From Patescibacteria group bacterium (GTDB taxonomy: Bacteria > Patescibacteriota > Patescibacteriia > 2-02-FULL-49-11), in contig JBAZQN010000002.1 in NCBI GenBank assembly GCA_041645165.1, positions 53,388-117,387 on the forward strand: DNA of 64,000 nt, written 5' to 3'. Both the position numbers and the translations under genes were made by a program. The notes beneath the pieces were generated by a model, which worked only from the letters and a program-made list of their open reading frames with translations, was not told where the DNA came from and searched no databases. Of the stretch, positions 57,478 to 64,000 are shown one piece after another. Position 1 is the stretch's first letter; each line of letters starts with the position of its first letter.

Positions 57478-57912
57478 TCAATTTTTAAGGAGGTTGCCTT
57501 TAAGGTCGGCTTCTCCGGACTGTTCCACTTGTGTCACAATGTTCTGCGCGAGGGCAATCGCTTCCCGTGCCTGTGTCTCCGTATAGCTTTCAAATGGCAC
57601 GGCGGGCGGGGCGAGCGCATCGGGGTAGCGGGTGGGGATATAGTATTGGTCGAGAATTCGGCCGGCGTCGATGAGCGCAGCAAACTGCGAATCATACGTC
57701 GCGCATTCATCAAGGAGCTCTTTCACCGAATGTTTCCATACCATGCGGCTCCCTTTGAGATAGAGGTATCCTTTTAAGGCTTTTTGCGCGGCTTGCTCGG
57801 CGGAATAACAGGCGTCAGAAAAGAATGCGTGTTCAAGGTCTGCTTGAGCGGCTTCAATTTCATGGCGCGCTTGTTTGAGCCAGCGCTCTGCTTCTTCAGT
57901 TTGGTGTTTCAT
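57478..57912 (-). CDS. HEPN domain protein
   Basis: WLKQA, ACYSAEQAAQKALKG, H, YYIPTRYPD. Confidence 0.93.
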   Translation of the reverse strand: MKHQTEEAERWLKQARHEIEAAQADLEHAFFSDACYSAEQAAQKALKGYLYLKGSRMVWKHSVKELLDECATYDSQFAALIDAGRILDQYYIPTRYPDALAPPAVPFESYTETQAREAIALAQNIVTQVEQSGEADLKGNLLKN

Positions 57913-58210
57913 ATATGATGATGCCCTCTTGGAGCGCTCTCATGACGAGAGGATTTTCCCGCTCTTGCATCGCCGCAAACTCTTCCGGGGTGTAGATGAA
58001 CGCGTCCACCCGCGGGAAGTCTTTTGGCAGCATAAGGCTGAATTCTTTCAGGCGCTCCAAAAATGGTTTTTTTGTTGATTTAATGAGAAGAAGATCAATA
58101 TCACTGTGTTCGTCTGCATCCGTGCGTGCGTGGGAGCCAAAGAGTATTGCGCGCTGCGGTTGATAGTGCGTGAGTACTTCGTTGAGCGAGCGCAGGGATA
58201 ATGGAACCAT
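57896..58210 (-). CDS. Minimal nucleotidyltransferase (MNT)
   Basis: ILFGSHAR ... SDIDLL, YTPEE; overlaps the HEPN gene. Confidence 0.93.
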   Translation of the reverse strand: MVPLSLRSLNEVLTHYQPQRAILFGSHARTDADEHSDIDLLLIKSTKKPFLERLKEFSLMLPKDFPRVDAFIYTPEEFAAMQERENPLVMRALQEGIIIYETPN

Positions 58211-58311
58211 AAAGATTTAAAATCTTTTCTTGCTTGATTATACTTCCTCAATGGAGGGAATCAACAAGCGAATCAAAAATATGAGTATAAATGTCAACAT
58301 TTGTGTTCTAT

Positions 58312-59187
58312 CTACGGACAGCAGGCTTGATTCACATCATAACATTTGAAATCATTCTGCGTAGGGGTCCCGCCAGTTGGACAACGACCATTGACATCAA
58401 GAGTTTGACATACGTAGCCGTATGTCGGACATTGTAGGTTTAGAACACAACAAACCAGTGAGCAATCGTCTGTCACGAATGACCTTTCGTCAGGTTCACA
58501 TCTGTCTTTACAAGTACCACCGTATACCCTACTACATTCATCAAGCGGACCAGTTACTGAAGGCTGTACTGGCGTGATGCCGTTAATTGAAACTGAAGGC
58601 GTCCAGAAGAGGGCGTTGACTACATAGGTGGTAAGCGCGTAGGCCACGACGACAAGGACGAGGCCGATCACGGCGTTCTCGAGCGTGGTCTTGGCGCTCG
58701 TGGCGGTTTCCTGGTTTCCCTGCGCCGTCATCCACTTGAAACCCGCCCACACGGTGAGTGCGAAGAAGAGCACCCCAAGGAGCGCAAGCATTGCGGACAA
58801 TATTCTGCCCACGGCCGTAGGGATGGATGGAGCCTCTCCTCCCGGCGTTAATCCCCCGCCGGTCGCTGCTTTTTTAAGGCAGAAAGGATCGTCCGCGCCG
58901 CAGGCGGATTCTGCATGAGCCGCGGTGATCACCGGAGATAGTAACTGTTCACTCAGGGTCATCGCCGCTCGGAATGCACGATTTTTCTGCGGACGCGACC
59001 TAGCGTCCCTTGCGCCTAAATCCTCGAAAAATTGGCATTCCTTCGCGTCAAGTTGAAGCCAGTGGGTAAATATAAGAGAAGATACCTGCGTGCCGCTTGC
59101 GCGCAAGGCCATAAGCGCAAAGAGCGGCATTGCAAGCGCGGCAAGGAGCGCAACAGCGAGGGTGAGAGAGCGTGAATGAGATTGCAT
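58312..59187 (-). CDS. Pilin 2 with Cys-rich C-terminal extension
   Basis: WAGFKWMTAQGNQETATSAKTTL; C-terminal CC-containing repeats. Confidence 0.85.
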   Translation of the reverse strand: MQSHSRSLTLAVALLAALAMPLFALMALRASGTQVSSLIFTHWLQLDAKECQFFEDLGARDARSRPQKNRAFRAAMTLSEQLLSPVITAAHAESACGADDPFCLKKAATGGGLTPGGEAPSIPTAVGRILSAMLALLGVLFFALTVWAGFKWMTAQGNQETATSAKTTLENAVIGLVLVVVAYALTTYVVNALFWTPSVSINGITPVQPSVTGPLDECSRVYGGTCKDRCEPDERSFVTDDCSLVCCVLNLQCPTYGYVCQTLDVNGRCPTGGTPTQNDFKCYDVNQACCP

Positions 59188-59200
59188 GGGATTCAGTGAG

Positions 59201-59256
59201 ATTATTTCTTGAGCCCATCGAAGGCAGATTGTCCTTCGATAAACTCAAGAGATAAT
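59201..59256. repeat. Palindromic REP-like pair
   Basis: TCTTGAGCCCATCGAAGG ... CCTTCGATAAACTCAAGA. Confidence 0.65.
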
Positions 59257-59301
59257 TTATCACATCGGCATTCCAATCTTTCCGCCTAAGATCATCATCG
59301 G

Positions 59302-59355
59302 GTAGCGTGGCAGTTTATCTGCCACCGATTGGTCGGAGACAAGCTCCGACGCTAC
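59302..59355. repeat. GTAG-type REP doublet
   Basis: GTAGCGTGGCAGTTTATCTGCCAC and inverted GTCGGAGACAAGCTCCGACGCTAC. Confidence 0.7.
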
Positions 59356-59413
59356 AGAGTTGCTAAAAAGTAAGCTGCAATGTTATACAGTGCAAATGCG
59401 CCGAAGAGTTAAT

Positions 59414-59800
59414 TTAAAAAAGCTTATCAATGATGAATGCGGTAAGCGCGTAGGATACCACGATGATGACAAGGCCTATGCCTGCGTTTTCTATAGTGCC
59501 TTTTGCTTGAGTGACTATTTCTTCATTGCCGCGCGCGGTCATCCATTTGATGCCGGCGTAGCAGATGAGCGCGAAAAAGATGACGCCAATGAGCGCGAGA
59601 ATATCGCGGATGATGAGGCCGATGAGTTGAGGAAGAGAAGCGCCGGTGTTTAAGCCGATGTACGTCGCCATTTGCTTCACGCAGTACGCATCATCACTGT
59701 CCGGCGTGCCGCACTCCGCAAACGCAACGAGCGGTACCGTGAATACCGCGATTATCAATGCCCCTGAGAATAGGTATCGAAAAGGGGAGAACCGCAGCAT
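59414..59800 (-). CDS. Pilin 3
   Basis: YAGIKWMTARGNEEIVTQAKGTI. Confidence 0.87.
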   Translation of the reverse strand: MLRFSPFRYLFSGALIIAVFTVPLVAFAECGTPDSDDAYCVKQMATYIGLNTGASLPQLIGLIIRDILALIGVIFFALICYAGIKWMTARGNEEIVTQAKGTIENAGIGLVIIVVSYALTAFIIDKLF

Positions 59801-59849
59801 AGGAGGTACCGCTCGCTTATAAACGATAGGTAGTAATGAGTCTGGCCGT

Positions 59850-60221
59850 TTAAGTGGATTGTTCGAGTACGGAGAAGACAAACCTCGTGATAGCAAAGGC
59901 GACAAAGATGATGATAAGGCCGACGACGCCCTGACCAATCGCTTTCTTGCCGGATTCTACTCCTTCCTCGTTGCCACCTGCGGTCATCCACTTGAAGCCG
60001 CCCAAAAGGATGATGACGAGCGCGACGATGCCGAGGATGCCAAGAGCGATATTGATAATCTGCGCGATCGTGGCGCGGACATCGCGCGTGCCAAGCCCTG
60101 CACCGGTGCCATAGAATACGCCAAAGCGGTCAGTTTGCGCGACTACTAAGGTGGGGATGATAACCGCTGCGGTGGTAACGGCTCCTGCGATGAGATGTTT
60201 GCCGAGCGTGCGATAGTTCAT
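59850..60221 (-). CDS. Pilin 4
   Basis: GGFKWMTAGGNEEGVESGKKAI. Confidence 0.9.
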   Translation of the reverse strand: MNYRTLGKHLIAGAVTTAAVIIPTLVVAQTDRFGVFYGTGAGLGTRDVRATIAQIINIALGILGIVALVIILLGGFKWMTAGGNEEGVESGKKAIGQGVVGLIIIFVAFAITRFVFSVLEQST

Positions 60222-60266
60222 AAAAATAAGACTTTTCAGTATTGAAACGGGAGGAGCGCTCCCTTA

Positions 60267-60377
60267 GGCGCCGTAAAAAAATAACATATTCACCACTTTG
60301 GGCTGTAATAAGGTTTATAGCCGTACTACAGCGGTTATTATGATGATTAATTGGAAAGGTTATTTTTTTAAGCGCCC
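60267..60377. mobile_element. MITE family A copy 4 (TSD TTA)
   Basis: TTA-GGCGCCGTAAAAAAATAACAT ... GTTATTTTTTTAAGCGCCC-TTA. Confidence 0.75.
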
Positions 60378-60524
60378 TTAGATATGTGTTTTAGCGATTT
60401 TTTGTTAACCGTCGACCTTTGTGGATAATATTGATTACTCGTCTTTTCACTGTGGATATTATACGATATTTTGCACCTAAAAAGCAATGTAAGGAATGGT
60501 ACGCGCTCACTGGACCCCCCCTCT

Positions 60525-60635
60525 GTCATCCTGACCCCGCAAATGCGGGGGAAGGATCCCCGGCGTATGCCGGCCCACATCCGTGGGAGATTCTTCACTT
60601 CGTCCCGATTCCATCGGGACTTCGTTCAGAATGAC
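60525..60635. repeat. CGTC-type palindromic element with nested hairpins
   Basis: GTCATCCTGA-CCCCGCAAATGCGGGG ... GTCCCGATTCCATCGGGAC ... TCAGAATGAC. Confidence 0.7.
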
Positions 60636-60665
60636 GACATCAGTGAACACTTACAAGGAATGTAT

Positions 60666-61076
60666 TTATGGCGTAAAACCGGGATTGGTAGGGGTTATGA
60701 CCTTAAAGATAAAGCTTAATGCTACATATGAGCCGATAACTACGATGGAACCTATTAGCGCCCAGACCACCGTATCTCTCCCCTTTTTCACTTGTTCGGG
60801 GTTGCCTGCGGATATGACCCAGTAGATGGCGCCCACGAGGAACATCATGAGGGCGACGGCGCCGCTTAACGGGAGCACGGTGGTAATAAAGCGGCCCACG
60901 AGCGTGGCAATGTCAGGGCCTTCTCCGCCACAACCGCCGCCGATAGGATTGCAGATTTTTTTGGCATAATCCTCAACGGCAAGTGCGGCACGAGGGCCAA
61001 GGATGAACAAAGAGCAATAAACAAAGAGCAATGAACAAAAAGTAGTGAGTGTGCTGGCGCTTTTTTTTAATTTCAT
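60666..61076 (-). CDS. Pilin 5
   Basis: GAIYWVISAGNPEQVKKGRDTVVWALIG. Confidence 0.87.
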   Translation of the reverse strand: MKLKKSASTLTTFCSLLFVYCSLFILGPRAALAVEDYAKKICNPIGGGCGGEGPDIATLVGRFITTVLPLSGAVALMMFLVGAIYWVISAGNPEQVKKGRDTVVWALIGSIVVIGSYVALSFIFKVITPTNPGFTP

Positions 61077-61217
61077 AATTAGATAGTAGTAGACAAATAT
61101 TTTTTCAGTGATATTCGGTGCGTACTTCTGTGTGCATTCAGTGTAAAAAGCTTCTCTCACGGAAAAATCTGAATCCTACACGGAAATGCACTGAATGGTG
61201 TTAAGATCTTATTAAGA

Positions 61218-61706
61218 CTAGGCGCTATAGAATGCCTTTTGCAGGCCTTTAAAGAATACATCGAGGATGGCAAAGGAGGCGGCTGCAAGCGCAAGCCCCA
61301 AGAATGCCCATACGATCATGCCTTTCCCTTTCTCCACTGATTCGCTGTTTCCGCCTGCGGTCATCCATCGCACCGCGCCGAGGATGACCATAATGAACGA
61401 TACCACCCCCACCAGTCCCATCACCATCTGCAGTGCGGTTCCGAGGAGTCCAAGCAGTCCACCTGGTGTATTAAAGAAAGGGTGGCAGAGCTCTCCCTTA
61501 TTCCAGTCCTCCTTGCCGCATTCGGTGTTTACGGGAGTGGCAGGTACGACAGCGTTTTGAGCACGTACCGAGGCAGTAGAGAAAGAAATTATCAGGACAC
61601 AGATTATCAGCGCCATTCCTATTCCAATAAAATCCCAAATCCTAATATCAAATTTGACATTTGGAATTTGACATTTGATTTTCATTTGACATTTGGAATT
61701 TGACAT
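61218..61706 (-). CDS. Pilin 6 (N-terminal 30 aa repeat-derived; alternative start 61616)
   Basis: GAVRWMTAGGNSESVEKGKGMIVWAFLG. Confidence 0.87.
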   Translation of the reverse strand: MSNSKCQMKIKCQIPNVKFDIRIWDFIGIGMALIICVLIISFSTASVRAQNAVVPATPVNTECGKEDWNKGELCHPFFNTPGGLLGLLGTALQMVMGLVGVVSFIMVILGAVRWMTAGGNSESVEKGKGMIVWAFLGLALAAASFAILDVFFKGLQKAFYSA

Positions 61707-61712
61707 TTGATT
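61630..61712. repeat. Heptamer tract (TTTGACA/TTTGGAA)
   Basis: AATTTGACATTTGGAATTTGACATTTGA units repeated. Confidence 0.75.
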
Positions 61713-61716
61713 TTCA

Positions 61717-63228
61717 TTATAACGTTTGATTCACCTGCTGTGCGCAGAAGTTGATCGCATCGCTCACTGTTTTCGAATTATCTATCACCGCATCAATCAT
61801 CGCGCGCATCGCGGTTTCCATGGCACCCGGATTGCGGCCGCGGTACCAGGTTTGGGCGGTGAAGAGCTGGTTCACGAAGGGTTTAAGATCCGGGTCTTCC
61901 GCATACTTTGCGATGAGGCTCCGGAGCGCGGGCGGCTTTCGCGCGCGGTCAAGATACGCGGTCACGCGTTCCGGGCTCGTGGCAAAGAGCACCAGGTCCC
62001 ATGCGACCGCTTGGTGGGGAGAGCGCCGCGCGACGCTTGCGAGCCAGTAATTGGCAAAATTGACTTCTTTCCTTCCCGCATCCGTGCCGTCGCTATTCAG
62101 GTGCGGCACTGGCGCGATGCCGGTGTCAATTTTTGGCCCTTGGGCACGCAAATAGGGGAGCTGATAAGAATATCCAAGGAACATACCCAAACGTCCCGTG
62201 GTAAAAAGCGTTTGCGCTTCTTCGAGCGTACTGTTCCAGGTATAGACTTCCTTGGTAGGTTTCGCAAAATCAGTGTAGAAGCGCAGGGCATCGGCGCCGG
62301 GAGAGAAGAGTTCGCCAGTCTCAAGCCACACCCCCTCATGGAAGCCTGCGCTTCCATTTTTTATCATCTGCGTGCCGGTTTGGAGCATGAGGAGCGTCAG
62401 GATATCCACGCTTCTGTTGTTATTCGCGCTGCCGCCGAGGTTTATGCCGGACTGCAGAAGCGTGCCGGTGGTGTCTTGGATGGTGAGCTTCTTCACCATG
62501 TCCTTCACCTCGGTCCAGGTTTTCGGAGGGACGGTGATTTTCGCCTGGTCAAACAATTCATGGTTGTAAAAAAGTCCCAAAGTGTCCACCGAGAGCGGCA
62601 GTCCCACGACCGCATTGTTCCTTACCGCATCATTGAGCACCGCGCTCACGAAGCGCTCTTTCACATCCTGGGGGGTAAGCGTTTTTTGTTCTCGATAGAC
62701 CGCCGCGCTCTTCTCCACCCCTTTTTCAGGGTTTACAAGAACAGGCAATTTTATGGTCGCTGGCAGGGGTGCGATCTTTGGCTCGTATTTGCTGGTCCAG
62801 GTATTATGGATGAAGAAAATGTCTGGTCCCTGCTCTTCCGCCCAGCCTTCAAGCAGCGCGCGTTCATATTCTTCATACCTTAATTTTTTATAGGCAATGC
62901 TAACGTTGGGGTGCTGGCTGGTGTAGGCGGCAAACACATCCTTGAACATATCTGAATCGTCAAACACACCCCACCACTGGATGCGCACGGGCTGTTTGAG
63001 CTCCCTGAGCGCGGCGACGTCTCCTTGCTTGCAGCCGAGGCCGGTTAGAGGCATGACTGCCAGCGCGAGGAACAAGACGAGCATATTTCGCCGATGAGGG
63101 ATGATCTTGAGGAGATGACGAAAATTTCCAATTTCCAATTTCCAAATTCCAAACAAATTCCAAATTCCAATGACCGAATATTTGGACATTGAGATTTTGG
63201 ATTTCATTTGACATTTGAAATTTGACAT
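61717..63228 (-). CDS. Extracellular sugar-binding protein (ABC SBP family 1); alternative start 63084
   Basis: GLGC lipobox-like, YTSQHPNV, GPDIF, LPLSVDTLGLFYN, PPKTWTE. Confidence 0.9.
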   Translation of the reverse strand: MSNFKCQMKSKISMSKYSVIGIWNLFGIWKLEIGNFRHLLKIIPHRRNMLVLFLALAVMPLTGLGCKQGDVAALRELKQPVRIQWWGVFDDSDMFKDVFAAYTSQHPNVSIAYKKLRYEEYERALLEGWAEEQGPDIFFIHNTWTSKYEPKIAPLPATIKLPVLVNPEKGVEKSAAVYREQKTLTPQDVKERFVSAVLNDAVRNNAVVGLPLSVDTLGLFYNHELFDQAKITVPPKTWTEVKDMVKKLTIQDTTGTLLQSGINLGGSANNNRSVDILTLLMLQTGTQMIKNGSAGFHEGVWLETGELFSPGADALRFYTDFAKPTKEVYTWNSTLEEAQTLFTTGRLGMFLGYSYQLPYLRAQGPKIDTGIAPVPHLNSDGTDAGRKEVNFANYWLASVARRSPHQAVAWDLVLFATSPERVTAYLDRARKPPALRSLIAKYAEDPDLKPFVNQLFTAQTWYRGRNPGAMETAMRAMIDAVIDNSKTVSDAINFCAQQVNQTL

Positions 63229-63230
63229 TG
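63120..63230. repeat. Inverted heptamer tracts (AATTTCC ... TTTGACA)
   Basis: Tandem AATTTCC/AAATTCC followed by complementary TTTGG/TTTGA units. Confidence 0.75.
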
Positions 63231-63234
63231 GGGT

Positions 63235-64000
63235 TTATTTATATGAATGGCTGAGACGTTTCTTGAGCCATGAATAGAACGGTGGTTTCAGTTCAGGTCT
63301 TGCTAATGCAAAATCCACATTCGCCTTCAGCCAGCCGAGTTTGGAGCCGAGATCGTAGTAGGTTCCTTGTACCATGCAGGCATAGACCGGACGGCGCCGT
63401 GCCAAGGTCATGATCGCATCCACGAGCCAGAGCTCGCCGCCCCTTCCCGGGCGCGTGCGTTCGAGGATGGGGAAGATGTCGGGCGTGAGGATGTAGCCGC
63501 CATGGGAAGCGAGCCGCGAGCGCGTCGCGGCCGGACCCGGCTTTTCCGTAATAGAGGTGACTTGGTATACCCGAGGCTCTATCTTGGCGCCTTCAATAAT
63601 GCCATAGTGATTCGTGCCGGCGCGGTCAGTGGGATATGCCGTGATGACAGGGTCGGTGTATTTTTCCCAGACGCGCATCAATTGCGCGAGGTGCGGCGTG
63701 GTTCCTAAAAATAAATCATCTCCCCATGCCACCGCGAAAGGCTCATCGCCGATGAGGTGACGGGCATTGAGCACCGGCGTGCCATTGCCATAAGGCCCTT
63801 GTTGGCGGAGGTACACGAAATGTGCGAGCGTGGAAATTTTTTTCACTTCTGCAAGCTCTTTCTTTTTGCCCGCTTTTTTAAGCCACAGTTCCAGTTCCGT
63901 ATTGGTGTCGAAATGGTCTTCGGCCGCGCGCTTATTCTGGTTCGTGACGAATATAATGTCAGTGATGCCGGCCTCAACCGCTTCCTCCACGATGTATTGC
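63235..64000 (-). CDS. galU: UTP--glucose-1-phosphate uridylyltransferase (5' end outside window)
   Basis: QYIVEEAVEAGI, EDHFD, RQ..P.GNG, EPFAV..GDD, EKP, GELWLVDA. Confidence 0.93.
   Translation of the reverse strand, partial: QYIVEEAVEAGITDIIFVTNQNKRAAEDHFDTNTELELWLKKAGKKKELAEVKKISTLAHFVYLRQQGPYGNGTPVLNARHLIGDEPFAVAWGDDLFLGTTPHLAQLMRVWEKYTDPVITAYPTDRAGTNHYGIIEGAKIEPRVYQVTSITEKPGPAATRSRLASHGGYILTPDIFPILERTRPGRGGELWLVDAIMTLARRRPVYACMVQGTYYDLGSKLGWLKANVDFALARPELKPPFYSWLKKRLSHSYK

Noticed and set aside
61726-62883. 385-aa plus-strand ORF, and similar long antisense ORFs at 30824-31618, 23917-24681, 29695-30357 and 39661-40314
   Set aside because: Shadow frames opposite well-supported genes, with no recognisable motifs.
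61630-63230. Cys/Trp-rich N-terminal domains of pilin 6 and the SBP
   Set aside because: They are translations of heptamer DNA repeats; downstream starts (61616, 63084) give normal signal peptides.
1-64000. Alternative genetic code (TGA=Gly, code 25)
   Set aside because: Conserved genes are full length under code 11 and several end in TGA (tyrS, yidC, rpmH).

Overview
Replication-origin region of a bacterial chromosome (code 11). It is most likely Patescibacteria/CPR (Parcubacteria-like); this is inferred from the T4SS-type pilin array, several TrmB regulators, PEP-mobile-domain proteins and the repeat families. The core is yidC-yidD-rnpA-rpmH / dnaA-oriC-dnaN, with three tRNAs (Ala-CGC, Ala-GGC, Arg-CCT), rnhB, gdhA, an aminotransferase, trxB/trxA, PBP1A, tyrS, a galT-glgA-GH57-glgA glycogen cluster, ruvC, yebC, PGI/PMI, a ~12 kb glycosyltransferase cluster, six pilin paralogues interleaved with toxin-antitoxin modules, a sugar-binding protein and a truncated galU. 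Main observations: (1) three TrmB-plus-divergent-cargo modules share GTC-N9-11-GAC palindromes, and one is bracketed by a 74-bp duplication of a gene 3' end whose differences are nearly all synonymous; (2) an integrase-less integron-like cassette (2711-5065) has matching core sites and an attC-like hairpin; (3) several MITE/REP families are present, some translated in frame inside genes; (4) a 1064-aa Cys-repeat exported protein; (5) a parS-like palindrome, a frameshifted vapC and an unannotated Pro-rich small ORF. All calls come from reading motifs by eye; no database searches were run.
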